64,000 nt of DNA from an uncultured Acidobacteriota bacterium (GCA_963713825.1 CAVQNG010000003.1:1632001-1696000), one strand, 5' to 3'; counted from the first letter of the stretch, positions 33,880 through 43,579 are shown. Numbers and translations: made by a program. The notes: generated by a model not told the origin, from the sequence alone.

Positions 33880-34162
33880 GATGAGCTCCTTCCTCGATAA
33901 GTAGGGCGCAGGATTGCAGCAAGGCTCGAAGCACTTTTTCGCGCCCGCTCTTGAGCAGGCGCTGAACGGTTCCCCGAGAAATCTCCATGCGTTGTCCGGC
34001 CGCCTCCTGGTCGAAGCCGTCGAGGTCACACAATCGCATTGCCTCCAGCTCGCTCAGCTCGAGACGAATCGCCTCCAATTGGTGCATTGGGATGCTCCGA
34101 GGTTTGAAGACCCGGTCACCTTCGTAGGCTCGGCACAGCTTTCGTTTTAGTGGTCGCGGCAT
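33851..34162 (-). CDS. DUF134 (UPF0251) HTH protein
   Basis: MPRPLKRK...FKPRSIP...ELEAMRLCD...QEAAGQRMEISRGTVQRLLKSGREKV. Confidence 0.9.
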   Translation of the reverse strand: MPRPLKRKLCRAYEGDRVFKPRSIPMHQLEAIRLELSELEAMRLCDLDGFDQEAAGQRMEISRGTVQRLLKSGREKVLRALLQSCALLIEEGAHHEDLYSDPG

Positions 34163-34179
34163 GGAATCGAACCTATATC

Positions 34180-34218
34180 GTGCATATGCACAATACTCCC
34201 AATGGACATCGGGGTCAA
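34180..34218 (-). promoter_or_regulatory. sigma-70 promoter with overlapping palindromic operator
   Basis: TTGACC (34213-34218), 17 nt, TATTGT (34190-34195); perfect palindrome GTGCATATGCAC at 34180-34191. Confidence 0.7.
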
Positions 34219-34235
34219 GGCAGAGAGAGTCGGGC

Positions 34236-34418
34236 CTACGCCGTGTGCAGAAGCGTGATGAAGAACCACACCGTCAACACTGCGCAGGCGGCGGCCATGA
34301 GAGCGAGCAGGCCGGCAACGGCGGGGTTCTTCCGGACATTGACGACCGCAGCAATCACGAAGACCACGACCAGGGCTATGTGAAGGAGTGGTAGTAGAGC
34401 GAGAAGCGGTGTTTGCAT
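34236..34418 (-). CDS. small two-TM membrane protein
   Basis: 60 aa, two hydrophobic helices, GGAGGTG RBS. Confidence 0.6.
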   Translation of the reverse strand: MQTPLLALLPLLHIALVVVFVIAAVVNVRKNPAVAGLLALMAAACAVLTVWFFITLLHTA

Positions 34419-34478
34419 GATTCTGCACCTCCAGTCGAGAATGGTGGGCAGGTCCAGGCGGCGGCGAAAGATACCTCT

Positions 34479-35420
34479 CTAGTAGCTGAAGGCCGGATGG
34501 ACTGGAAACTCGAGAGCATGATGGCCAGGCGTCTGACCCTTCATTTCCAGCGCGTCCACCAGTCCTTGTACCTCCCGCTTTGCCTGCTGCGACTCGAGCC
34601 GCTCACCCATCAACCAGGACTCCGAGATCGAAGGGTCGTGACGAATCTGGGCCACCGGGTGAATGCCTCGCCTGGCCAGCAACTCGAACAGATGTCTCGA
34701 GCTCTTTGGTTCGACGCGATTGAGGACCACGAGTACGCGCTGAATTCGTGCCTGCCTGTAGAGGTTCCGAGCTACCGACACCAGGTCGGGGTGGTCAAGG
34801 TGGGCTGTCGCTGGCAGATCGCCTTTTTGGATCCGATCGATCAACTCGCTCAGATCGATGGCCATCTGGACAGCGGCCAGAGTCGGATCGACAACGACCA
34901 CGGCCTGGTCGAGACCGACTAAGACGCCCCGAGCGGAGTCTTCAAAGCCCGCCTTGAAGTCCAGCAAGGTCACACATTCTCCATGTCTCAAATGGAGCCT
35001 GAGATCGCGAGCGATCTTCGCCATCGGGCCGTCGCATCCTGCTCCCGGACCTCTGTCACCCATTTTTCCGGCGGCCAGAAGCCAGACGCCATCGATGCTC
35101 CGCCTGACGAAGCGACTGGGCAAGTCTTCGACAACGATCTCTGCGCCGGGCAACGGAGTCGGGTCATCCACCGGGCAGGTGACCGCGCCGCCGCTGAACA
35201 CCATTCCCCCAAAACAGTCGACCAGAGGCTCTGGCGCGTCATCGAGTCCGAACGCCCGATGCAACCCCACATTGGTGGAGTCGGCATCGAGAACACAGAC
35301 TTCATATCCTCGCTTGCGAAGAGCCTTCGCGGCCAGGACCGTGATGGTGCTCTTACCACTGCCCCCTTTCCCGAAGATGCCAACTCGGGTACCTGAAAGT
35401 GGTTTCGAAGTTGGGCTCAT
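34479..35420 (-). CDS. CooC/MinD-like P-loop ATPase
   Basis: Deviant Walker A GKGGSGKST, LDAD, GAGCDGP, DFKAGFEDSARG, VLNRV. Confidence 0.8.
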   Translation of the reverse strand: MSPTSKPLSGTRVGIFGKGGSGKSTITVLAAKALRKRGYEVCVLDADSTNVGLHRAFGLDDAPEPLVDCFGGMVFSGGAVTCPVDDPTPLPGAEIVVEDLPSRFVRRSIDGVWLLAAGKMGDRGPGAGCDGPMAKIARDLRLHLRHGECVTLLDFKAGFEDSARGVLVGLDQAVVVVDPTLAAVQMAIDLSELIDRIQKGDLPATAHLDHPDLVSVARNLYRQARIQRVLVVLNRVEPKSSRHLFELLARRGIHPVAQIRHDPSISESWLMGERLESQQAKREVQGLVDALEMKGQTPGHHALEFPVHPAFSY

Positions 35421-35626
35421 GACCTAGTCTCCTTTCCAGGTTGGAGATCGGAGCGGCTGTCCCAAGACGTCCTCGAGACGTCAGCTTCGGAAGGCGTGAG
35501 GTACATTGCCACATGACCTCCACCTTCTTCGATTATAGGACTGTACAAGTACTAATTCATCAACCAGAAGGACGATTCTTGCTACACGAATCGTTGACCT
35601 GAGCCCAGGATCGGGACAACTCTTCG

Positions 35627-36589
35627 TCAGTCTGGGTTTCGGAGGCGGGTGACGGCCTCGATGTCGACCCAGAAGATGTCAGGGAAACCGTTTGGATTGT
35701 CGCGAGCGCTGCTGAAGAAGAGGTACTTGCCGTCCGGTGAGATGACGGGCCAGTTCTCTTCTGAGGTCGAGTTGACTTCAGGCCCAAGGGTGACTGCCGG
35801 GCCCCAAGAGTCGTCGGGCCTTCGGAAGCTGACATAGAGGTCTCCGAGGAGACCTTCACCCATCTGATCCGGGCGTCCGGCCGAGTAGAAGACGATGAAA
35901 CTGCCATCGGGTGCTAGCGCCGGCTCGGCGTCCACGGCTGCGGGATCATTGATCACTGGTCCCAGGCTCTCGGGTGCCTCGAATGCACCGTCGGTGAGCC
36001 GTGTACGGAGGAGATCCTTTGCCAGGGCTCCGCATCCGAAGTAGAAGTAACCGTCGGAGTGGAGCCTGGCAGTCCACCAGCCCTGGGTGTGACCGGTGGG
36101 GGACCCGACATAGGTGGGCTGTGCCGAATCGATCTCCTCGGTCGACAGCTTCCAGAGATGGGCGTCGCGGCCTGGCTCGCCCTCACCGCTTCGGGGTCTC
36201 ATGGACATGAAATAGAGGTCCGAGCCAGCGGGTGAGAAGAAGGGAGCAGCGTCGTTGAATCGCCCTGAGAAAGGTGCGGTGGTCGGACCGTTCCATCCGT
36301 CCTCCGTCTGTTCCAACACGAGGATCGACGAAGTGAAGGAGGCGTCCATCCGGCTGAAGTAGATCCGCTTGCCGTCCGGGCTGATGGCAGGGTGAAACTC
36401 AGGCGCCCCCGTGGAGACCAGACCAGGGGCAAAAACCTCGGGTATCAATTCTGGCGGAGCCTGTCCCAGGTAGCCACCGCTCGAGGGAACGAAGGTTGGA
36501 CCCTGTTCTGCGAACGCCGTTCCGAAGGTGGCGATGAGGGTCACCGTTAGAACGAACGACGAGATGTAGCGCCTTTCCAACCGCATCAT
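35627..36589 (-). CDS. secreted PD40/TolB-like beta-propeller protein
   Basis: YLGQAPP..PEVFAPGLVST, SPDGK repeats, LGPxVN, DIFWVD. Confidence 0.82.
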   Translation of the reverse strand: MMRLERRYISSFVLTVTLIATFGTAFAEQGPTFVPSSGGYLGQAPPELIPEVFAPGLVSTGAPEFHPAISPDGKRIYFSRMDASFTSSILVLEQTEDGWNGPTTAPFSGRFNDAAPFFSPAGSDLYFMSMRPRSGEGEPGRDAHLWKLSTEEIDSAQPTYVGSPTGHTQGWWTARLHSDGYFYFGCGALAKDLLRTRLTDGAFEAPESLGPVINDPAAVDAEPALAPDGSFIVFYSAGRPDQMGEGLLGDLYVSFRRPDDSWGPAVTLGPEVNSTSEENWPVISPDGKYLFFSSARDNPNGFPDIFWVDIEAVTRLRNPD

Positions 36590-36728
36590 CTTCTTCCCTT
36601 GTCAATCCTACTAAGGAGCTGGCACTGACAGACAGATATCGTCTTTGTTTGAGTTCGAAGTGTCCCGCACCCAGAGAGAGCCTTCAGAACGACTAACTGG
36701 ATGGGAACTCGCTAGTCCCAGCGGTGAC

Positions 36729-39134
36729 CTACTCGTCCCGCAAGACGTCAGCCGGATCTGTGCGAGTGGCTGAGAGGGCGGGCAACAAGGACGCTGCCAG
36801 GGCGACGGCTGCAAGGAGCGTCGCTGCCCCGACGAGTGTGGTCGCATCCATCGGACTGACCCCGTAAAGCACCGAGCGCAGGCTCCGAGTCAGGATCAGG
36901 CTGCCGATGAGACCCAGGCCCAGACCGAGCGTCGAGATCCTGAAGCCGCGCCAGAGGATGCTCTTCAGGGTCTTCGCGTTGTCGGCACCGAGAGCCATTC
37001 GGATGGCAATCTCCCGCCGTCGCCGAGTGACGCTGTAGGCCATGGCCGCATAGATCCCCGAGGTTGCCAGCACCAGACCCACCACAGCGAGAATCGAGAA
37101 CAGCAGAGTCCTGAACCGGGCAGGCGCCTCCGATCTCCGGACGCGTTCTTCCATGAGAGCCAGGTCTCGGACTGGAATCCGGGGATCGAGGTCGGAAACG
37201 ACCTTGCGGACAGCGGGCATGAGCGCTGCCGGGTCGCCAGTCGAGGTCCGGATCGAAGTGTAGAGTCCGCGCCAGGGATTCTGCAGGAAGGGTGTGTAGA
37301 CGGTGGGTGCGATCCCTCCTGTGGCGCCGGAGTCGTAGGGCACGTCTGCTGCGATCCCCACGATGGTCAACCAGTTGCCATCAGGGTCGAAGTCACCTCC
37401 CTGGAATCGAGCCCCGACCGCATCTCGGTCGGGAAAATGTCGTCTCGCGAAAGTCTCGTTGACCACCGCGACGCTCGTGCTTCCCGGTCTGTCGTCGGCT
37501 GTGAAGGAGCGACCGCTGAGGACCGGGATGCCGAGAGTGGTGAAGTACCCCTCGCTGGCCAGCATCCACTCTGCCGTGAGTTGCTGCCCGGCGGTGCTCG
37601 ATTCGTCTCCTTCGAGGTTGTAGTTGTTGGTCATCCTCAACTCATTGGGCGGCAGCGAGGTGGAGAAGCCGACACCAGTGACCCCTGGAACCGACAGCAG
37701 GTTCAGCTCCAGGCGGTCGAAGAACTCCACCCACGCAGCGGAGTCCCCGTAGGCTTCCTCGGGCAGGTCGATCCTCCAGGTCACCAGTCCCTGCGTTGGG
37801 AAGCCGAGATCCTCGTGCTGGAGCAGCATCATGCTTCGCAGAAGCAGTCCTGCCGCGGTAATGACCGTGAATGCCAGGGCGAACTCGCCAATGACGAGTG
37901 CCTGACGCAAGCGGGTCGAGGCGCTTCCGGCGGAGCTTGTTGTGCCACTCTCTCGAACGTGTTGCCCGAGTTTGCGCCAGGGGATCTGAATCGCCGGAGC
38001 CAGGCCTGCGAGGACACCTGCCGCCACGCCCAGCACAAGAGTGAAAGCGAGGACGGTGAGATTAACCTCGACCTCATGAAGCCTGGGTACGAAGGAGACC
38101 CCGGCAACGGAGATCAACTGCACGCCCCAGAAAGCCAGGGCGAGACCGGCCAGCGAGCCGATCAGACCCAGCACTGCCGCTTCGGTGATCAGTTGCCTGA
38201 CGAGGCGGGTAGGCGCGGCTCCCAGCGCGGCGCGGGTGGCCATCTCGCGACTTCGTGCCGTGGAGCGTGACAGAAGGAGATTCGCCACGTTGCCGATTGC
38301 GATGAGGAGCACCAGAGAGACGGCGCCCATAAGGAGCCAGAGCGTGGTGTTCGTGTTGCCCACCACGGCCTGTCTCAGCGGCTCAACTTCGTAGCGCCAG
38401 TTGTCCGAGGCATCCGGGAAGCGTTCCTGCAGAGCCGATTGAGTACGGAGCAGATCTTCCCGAGCCGCTATCAGGTCGGCGCCCTCCTCGAGCCTTCCCA
38501 CGCCGCTCAGATAGAAGGGACCCTGTCTGGATGGGAGGTCGAACTCGAGCAGCGGCCAGACATCTTCCTTCTCCTGGCCGGGTACGGCGAATCCTGGTGG
38601 CATCACCCCGACAATGGTGAAGGGTCGGCTGTCCAGTTCGATTCCGTCTCCGAGGACCTTCTCAGAACCGCCAAACCTGTCCATCCACAGGTGGTGGCTG
38701 ATGAGGGCCGCCGAGTCGTCATCGGGTGCGAAAGTTCGGCCGACGGCCGCCTCCACTCCCAGGACCGCAGGCATGGTCCGGCTCAGCCAGGAGCCATCGA
38801 CGATCTGCGGCCCCGCGGAGGTGATCAGCGTAAAGCCGTTGGATTCACGATCGTAGGCGCCAACCGCTGTGAAGCGTTGTTGGGTCTCGACCCACGTCAT
38901 CAGATCAGCGTCCGAGATGGCGCCCCCGAACTCGGGCCATTGGATCCACATGTGCACCAGCTGTGGGGAGTCGGGATATGGCAGCGGCTGCAGTAGAACG
39001 CCGTGGAGCACGCTGAAGATGGCGGTGTTGGCTCCGATCCCGACGGCCATGGAGAGAATCGCCACGGCCGACAGAGTCGGTGTCTTGAAGAGGGTGCGAA
39101 TGCCGAAGCGCAGATCCGTAAACAGACTCATCAT
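36729..39134 (-). CDS. ADOP-type duplicated ABC permease (MacB/FtsX-like x2)
   Basis: DLRFGIRTL..GIGANTAIFS, NVANLLL.R...REMATRAALGA, RRREIAIRMALGA, DPADVLRDE. Confidence 0.9.
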   Translation of the reverse strand: MMSLFTDLRFGIRTLFKTPTLSAVAILSMAVGIGANTAIFSVLHGVLLQPLPYPDSPQLVHMWIQWPEFGGAISDADLMTWVETQQRFTAVGAYDRESNGFTLITSAGPQIVDGSWLSRTMPAVLGVEAAVGRTFAPDDDSAALISHHLWMDRFGGSEKVLGDGIELDSRPFTIVGVMPPGFAVPGQEKEDVWPLLEFDLPSRQGPFYLSGVGRLEEGADLIAAREDLLRTQSALQERFPDASDNWRYEVEPLRQAVVGNTNTTLWLLMGAVSLVLLIAIGNVANLLLSRSTARSREMATRAALGAAPTRLVRQLITEAAVLGLIGSLAGLALAFWGVQLISVAGVSFVPRLHEVEVNLTVLAFTLVLGVAAGVLAGLAPAIQIPWRKLGQHVRESGTTSSAGSASTRLRQALVIGEFALAFTVITAAGLLLRSMMLLQHEDLGFPTQGLVTWRIDLPEEAYGDSAAWVEFFDRLELNLLSVPGVTGVGFSTSLPPNELRMTNNYNLEGDESSTAGQQLTAEWMLASEGYFTTLGIPVLSGRSFTADDRPGSTSVAVVNETFARRHFPDRDAVGARFQGGDFDPDGNWLTIVGIAADVPYDSGATGGIAPTVYTPFLQNPWRGLYTSIRTSTGDPAALMPAVRKVVSDLDPRIPVRDLALMEERVRRSEAPARFRTLLFSILAVVGLVLATSGIYAAMAYSVTRRRREIAIRMALGADNAKTLKSILWRGFRISTLGLGLGLIGSLILTRSLRSVLYGVSPMDATTLVGAATLLAAVALAASLLPALSATRTDPADVLRDE

Positions 39135-39171
39135 GATGTCGTCTCCATCCTCTGGACCTCTCTGCTAGATC

Positions 39172-39187
39172 TGCAAGGCAGGTGCCA
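39172..39187 (-). promoter_or_regulatory. sigma-54 promoter of the ADOP permease
   Basis: Minus strand TGGCACCTGCCTTGCA, a consensus match. Confidence 0.82.
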
Positions 39188-39238
39188 CAGGTTGGAGACC
39201 AAAAGTCCAAGGGACAGGCATGTCGAGATCGCCTGGAA

Positions 39239-39253
39239 GTCCGATTGTGGGAC
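39239..39253. promoter_or_regulatory. putative enhancer site
   Basis: GTCCGATTGTGGGAC, 14/15 identical to 551-565. Confidence 0.6.
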
Positions 39254-39358
39254 TCGCATGCGCCGAAAGCGCACACGAAGGGGAGCTGGCTAGCAAGCCT
39301 TCTTGAAGGTGGCGCCACCTAGGTGTAGGCTGAAGGCACCTCGAAAGGAGGTCTCGAG

Positions 39359-40048
39359 ATGCGCGCAACGCGGGTCCTGTGTTTGCTAATGGCGGCATGG
39401 CTTCTCGGGTCGGGAGGCGTGTTCGCGGCCCACTTCGACAATTCCGAATCCCGGGAGTCGGCGCTGTTCGCGGATGGGCTCGAGTCGGGCGATCTGACAG
39501 CTTGGTCGAGTACGACACATTCGATCCTCGATTTGCCGCCGTACGCGGACCAGTCTCAGATCGCTGGCCTGTTGTGGCCCTACTGCGACAGTGGTGACTG
39601 CCCGGCACCGTTGCAGGCCCATGACGGACTCGACTTCACGCCGAACCAGAACCTAGCTGTCTTTCATGCTGCGGTACCAGGTGTGGTGACCAACGTGGAC
39701 CCCTATTTCAACCCCGGCAACGGCTACTGGCAGGTAAATGTGAGAGTGGAGTACGCGCACGACCACACCCACGCTTTGAACTACGCCTTCGAGCCGATGG
39801 GCGACAGCACCGATGATCGCGATGCGCAGCTGGCCGAGATCGATGTCGTGGTGGGACAGGTTGTTGCACTTGGCGATGTCATCGGGCGACTGGTGGTGGT
39901 CGGCGCGCATGCCCACCTCCATTTCGGGCTCTTCGAGGTCTGGGACCAGGTCTGTCCCGAGCCCTTCATGTCCGAGGCAGTCCGGACGGAGCTGCGAGAC
40001 CTGATTCAGTCGGAGCCGGGCCACGAAGACTGGGAAATCTGTAATTGA
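39359..40048 (+). CDS. secreted M23-family peptidase-like protein with N-terminal FADGLESGD tag
   Basis: Signal peptide; LFADGLESGDLTAWSS; HDGLDF and HLHF Zn motifs. Confidence 0.7.
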   Translation: MRATRVLCLLMAAWLLGSGGVFAAHFDNSESRESALFADGLESGDLTAWSSTTHSILDLPPYADQSQIAGLLWPYCDSGDCPAPLQAHDGLDFTPNQNLAVFHAAVPGVVTNVDPYFNPGNGYWQVNVRVEYAHDHTHALNYAFEPMGDSTDDRDAQLAEIDVVVGQVVALGDVIGRLVVVGAHAHLHFGLFEVWDQVCPEPFMSEAVRTELRDLIQSEPGHEDWEICN

Positions 40049-40133
40049 GGGTTGAGGCGGCCGTCATACCTCCGGCCGGCCCTTGAGCAGTGAGGTCGGG
40101 GCGATCCCTCGTACCTCCCGATCGACCTTTGGG
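40049..40133 (+). repeat. tandem pair of REP-like hairpins
   Basis: GGGTTGAGGCGGCCGTCATACCTCCGGCCGGCCCTTGAG plus a degenerate second copy; related pair on the minus strand at 62179-62265. Confidence 0.6.
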
Positions 40134-40180
40134 CAGTGAGGCAGTGAGAGCTTAGGTGGCCGGCGCCCCTGCCGGCCGTC

Positions 40181-41245
40181 CTAGAAGTAGTCGGTAAACA
40201 GAAGACCCAGGCCGAGAGTGTTGGTGTGGACGTTGTAGTCGATCAGGCTCTCGCCGTAGCCATTGAAGTACTGCACGTAACCCCTGAGCCGCTTGTGGAT
40301 CGGGAAGCTCCAGTCGGTCTGGAAGGTTCCCTTGCTGAAGCCTGACTGGAGGTTGTTCCTCAGCAGCAGGCTGAACGTATTCTGCCGCCATTTGTAGGCG
40401 CCACGGATCTCGACATTGCCCATGTAGTCCTGGATGTCTTCGTTGCCGATCTTGTCCCCGATGATGATCCAGGGCTTGATGCTGAGAGCGATGTTGTTCC
40501 TCTCGAAGATGAAGTTGGCGAAGAGCCGGTTCCAGCTTCGAGAAATGGGTTCGTTCCGGCCGTTCGACTGGTGGACGAAGCCGAAACTGTTGAGCCGATT
40601 GGTGAACCCGAGAATCTTCCACTTGTTTTCAAACTGAAACCAGAGCTCAGGTTCGTGATTGGTCTCTCTGAACGGTAAAGATTCTTCCTGGTTGAACGCC
40701 TGCCAGAAGGAGCGGTTGGTGTAGGCGATGTACATGTGGCCGTTGTCCTTGATGATGTTGCGAACGATCGGCACCATGAAGCTGATCTGAAACTTGATCT
40801 CGGCCGCATCCAACTCGATGTCCTCGTCGGGGAAGGCCTCTTGCCAGGGCGTCTCGTTGGGGTCGGGGTTGTATCCGACCAGGACGTAGTTGGGTTTGTA
40901 GGGAGTGATGACGAAGCCCATCTCCTCGGTGGCCTTGGTCTCCTGGATTCTGGCTTCGAGTGGCGTCGCCTCTTCCTCTGCGCCAGCCGGCTCGAGTTGG
41001 CCTTCGGTCGCTTCCCGAGCCACTTCGAGACAGGCGTCCCTGATCTCTCGGACGAGCATCGTGTCGGAGGCGTCACCAAACCTCTCGAGCACGCAATCAT
41101 TGAATACGTCTTCGTCGAAGTCCGGCTCCTCGATGGCATACGCACTACGGGTCACCATCGTGCCAAGCATGACACCCAGCAGTAGGCCCATCGACAGGAG
41201 AGCTGTCTTGCTGGCAAATCTCGGAGAGCTAGTCACTTTCGCCAT
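40181..41245 (-). CDS. pldA: outer-membrane phospholipase A1
   Basis: EIKFQISF, PFRETNHEPE, HQSNG, SRSWNR, GYGESLIDYN. Confidence 0.93.
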   Translation of the reverse strand: MAKVTSSPRFASKTALLSMGLLLGVMLGTMVTRSAYAIEEPDFDEDVFNDCVLERFGDASDTMLVREIRDACLEVAREATEGQLEPAGAEEEATPLEARIQETKATEEMGFVITPYKPNYVLVGYNPDPNETPWQEAFPDEDIELDAAEIKFQISFMVPIVRNIIKDNGHMYIAYTNRSFWQAFNQEESLPFRETNHEPELWFQFENKWKILGFTNRLNSFGFVHQSNGRNEPISRSWNRLFANFIFERNNIALSIKPWIIIGDKIGNEDIQDYMGNVEIRGAYKWRQNTFSLLLRNNLQSGFSKGTFQTDWSFPIHKRLRGYVQYFNGYGESLIDYNVHTNTLGLGLLFTDYF

Positions 41246-41338
41246 TTCGACCTTCCCTTTCCCATGCCATGAACTATTCTGGTTCGATCGCGCCATTACC
41301 ATATTGCAGAATCGCTGCAATGTCAGGTTTGACTCTTC

Positions 41339-41396
41339 CCCAGGACCCAGGACCCAGGACCCAGGACCCAGGACCCAGGACCCTAAGCCCCTAAGC
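41339..41396. repeat. (CCCAGGA)x6 plus (CCCTAAGC)x2 tandem repeat
   Basis: Read directly; lies between divergent pldA and amn. Confidence 0.9.
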
Positions 41397-41415
41397 GCCA
41401 AGTTACAATGTCCGC

Positions 41416-42189
41416 ATGCCCGACCGCCTCGAAATCGCCCGCAATTGGTTGCCCCGCTACACAGGGATGTCTCTCGACGAGATCGGTGACTACATCCTGC
41501 TGACAAACTTCCACAACTACACCCGCAAGTTCGCCGAGCAGTTCGACTGCGAGATCCGAGGCGCCGACAAGCCGATGCAAGCGGCGACCAACGCCGATGG
41601 TCTCACCATCGTCAATTTCGGTATCGGATCGCCGAACGCCGCCACGATCATGGACCTGCTGAGTGCCCGACAGCCTAAAGGCGTCCTCTTTCTGGGCAAA
41701 TGCGGAGGGCTAAAGAAATCCTCCGAGATTGGTCACTTCATCCTGCCCATCGCTGCCATTCGTGGTGAAGGTACGAGTGACGACTACTTTCCGCCCGAGG
41801 TGCCGGCCCTGCCATCGTTCAAGCTCCACAAGTTCGTCTCCGAGAAGATCGCGTCGAAGGGACACGAGTATCGAACGGGAGTCGTCTACACGACGAACCG
41901 CAGGCTTTGGGAGCACGACCTGGAGTTCCTGGATCGGCTCAAACGCAACACCTGCATCGGCATCGACATGGAGACGGCGACGCTCTTCATTGTCGGCCAC
42001 TACAACCGGATCTCCCGCGGCGCCCTGTTGCTGGTCTCGGATGTCCCCATCACCCCGGAAGGAGTCAAGACCGAGGAGTCCGACGCGGCCGTGACTGAGG
42101 ATTGGGCGGACATTCACCTACAGATCGGCATCGAGGCGATGACAGAGATCGACGACAGCGGCGAGGCGATTCGCCACTTCCGTTACTAG
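41416..42189 (+). CDS. amn: AMP nucleosidase (short type)
   Basis: NWLPRYTG, LLTNF, NFGIGSPNAATIMDLL, FLGKCGG, IRGEGTSDDY, DMETAT. Confidence 0.92.
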   Translation: MPDRLEIARNWLPRYTGMSLDEIGDYILLTNFHNYTRKFAEQFDCEIRGADKPMQAATNADGLTIVNFGIGSPNAATIMDLLSARQPKGVLFLGKCGGLKKSSEIGHFILPIAAIRGEGTSDDYFPPEVPALPSFKLHKFVSEKIASKGHEYRTGVVYTTNRRLWEHDLEFLDRLKRNTCIGIDMETATLFIVGHYNRISRGALLLVSDVPITPEGVKTEESDAAVTEDWADIHLQIGIEAMTEIDDSGEAIRHFRY

Positions 42190-42205
42190 GTCTTCAGAAG
42201 TCAGG

Positions 42206-43492
42206 TCAATCGAGGGCTGAAGCCCCGTCTTCTTTGGTCGGGTTCTCGGCCTTCCAGGTCATGGCCATGTGGATGCGACTGCGGCCGCTGGGGTGATCGA
42301 ACATGAGCCACTCCTCGAACGGACCCGGTTCGAGCTTGCGGTACTCACCCAGTTTCAAAGCGACCTCCGCAAAGCCGTCGGGCTCTCTCGCAGCGTGAAG
42401 GGCGAAGAGGTCGGCTTCCGCTTCGTTGGACCGGATGATGTTGTTGAAGAACGGCGTCATAGCGAAGAAGAACAGGGTGAACAGAGCCGATAGGAGCGGC
42501 ATGCCAGCCAGGTCGCCGATTCCGCTGACAGACCATTTCCCGCCCCAACGTCGCAGCACGCGATCGAAGGACCAGCGGATGAAGACGAATCCGACAACCA
42601 GGATGATCGCGAAGTAGATGACCATCTCGTACATGTGGTTCAGCACGTAGTGCCCCATCTCGTGGGCCATGACGATCTTGATCTCTTCGAGAGAGCAGCG
42701 ATTCAACAGGTTGTCGTTCAGGCGTATGGCCATCGTGCCCAGGAATCCGCTGACGTTGGCGCTGACGCGATTCGACTGACGAGAGGCGTCGAATTGGTAG
42801 ACATTGTCGACGTCGATGCCATTGGCCCGAGCCATCGAGAGAATCGGGTCCTTGATCGTCTCGTCTTCGAGCGCAACGTAGGTGTTGAAGAGAGGATCGA
42901 TGTAGACGGGCGCGATGAGGATCAAGAACATCACGAAGACGATCCCCACTACCGAGCCCCAGATCCACCAGGTTTTCGGGGCCTTGCGGAAGACACCGTA
43001 GAGAGGGATGAGCAACAGCGAAAGAAGGATCACCGAGGCCCCGAGATCCACGAGCTGGTCCCGCGTCCATGACAAGAAGGTCTGGGTAGCGAGCCCGTAC
43101 TGATGCTCGCGAAAGAAGCCCTGATACACCGTCAGCGGAAAGAAGAGAACCGTTGCGACCACGATGTACTGGGCGCTGTAGAAGAAGGTCTGTAGAGGTC
43201 TGCGCTTGGTCAATCTCTCGGCCAGATCGCGCATTCGTGCCGAGAGCCCCGACCCGAGTAGCAGCCACGAGACGCCGAGGGTGTAGAGAACACCCCAGAG
43301 CTGGAGCCAGTACCCGCCCTCGAAATAGGCATCGGAGCTTTCCTTCTCCTCAGGGGTCTGCTGGGCCAAGTAGGCGTCGGTAGCCGCCTCGACATCGAAG
43401 GAGTCCGATGGGGCTGGCTGTGCCAATAGCGCTACCGGGACTACCAGCCAGACGAAACCGAAGATTACGAGCCAACTCGGAACTTTGCGCAT
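42206..43492 (-). CDS. M48 (Ste24-like) membrane metallopeptidase
   Basis: Multiple TMs, AHEMGH, EAEAD, DHPS. Confidence 0.9.
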   Translation of the reverse strand: MRKVPSWLVIFGFVWLVVPVALLAQPAPSDSFDVEAATDAYLAQQTPEEKESSDAYFEGGYWLQLWGVLYTLGVSWLLLGSGLSARMRDLAERLTKRRPLQTFFYSAQYIVVATVLFFPLTVYQGFFREHQYGLATQTFLSWTRDQLVDLGASVILLSLLLIPLYGVFRKAPKTWWIWGSVVGIVFVMFLILIAPVYIDPLFNTYVALEDETIKDPILSMARANGIDVDNVYQFDASRQSNRVSANVSGFLGTMAIRLNDNLLNRCSLEEIKIVMAHEMGHYVLNHMYEMVIYFAIILVVGFVFIRWSFDRVLRRWGGKWSVSGIGDLAGMPLLSALFTLFFFAMTPFFNNIIRSNEAEADLFALHAAREPDGFAEVALKLGEYRKLEPGPFEEWLMFDHPSGRSRIHMAMTWKAENPTKEDGASALD

Positions 43493-43579
43493 TGGGATTC
43501 CCTCCAGAATTCCTCAAGTCATCCATCACTACTTCTCGTGAGGCTGAGTTGTTTCAGCGAGATTTCGCCCGAGATCCTT

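Noticed and set aside
33403-35420. NifX- and CooC-like genes taken as evidence of nitrogenase or CO dehydrogenase
   Set aside because: No structural genes in the window; these families occur widely on their own.
41246-41506. N-terminal extension of pldA containing GSWVLGPGSWVLGP
   Set aside because: It is a translation of the intergenic heptamer repeat; an RBS-supported ATG lies at 41245.
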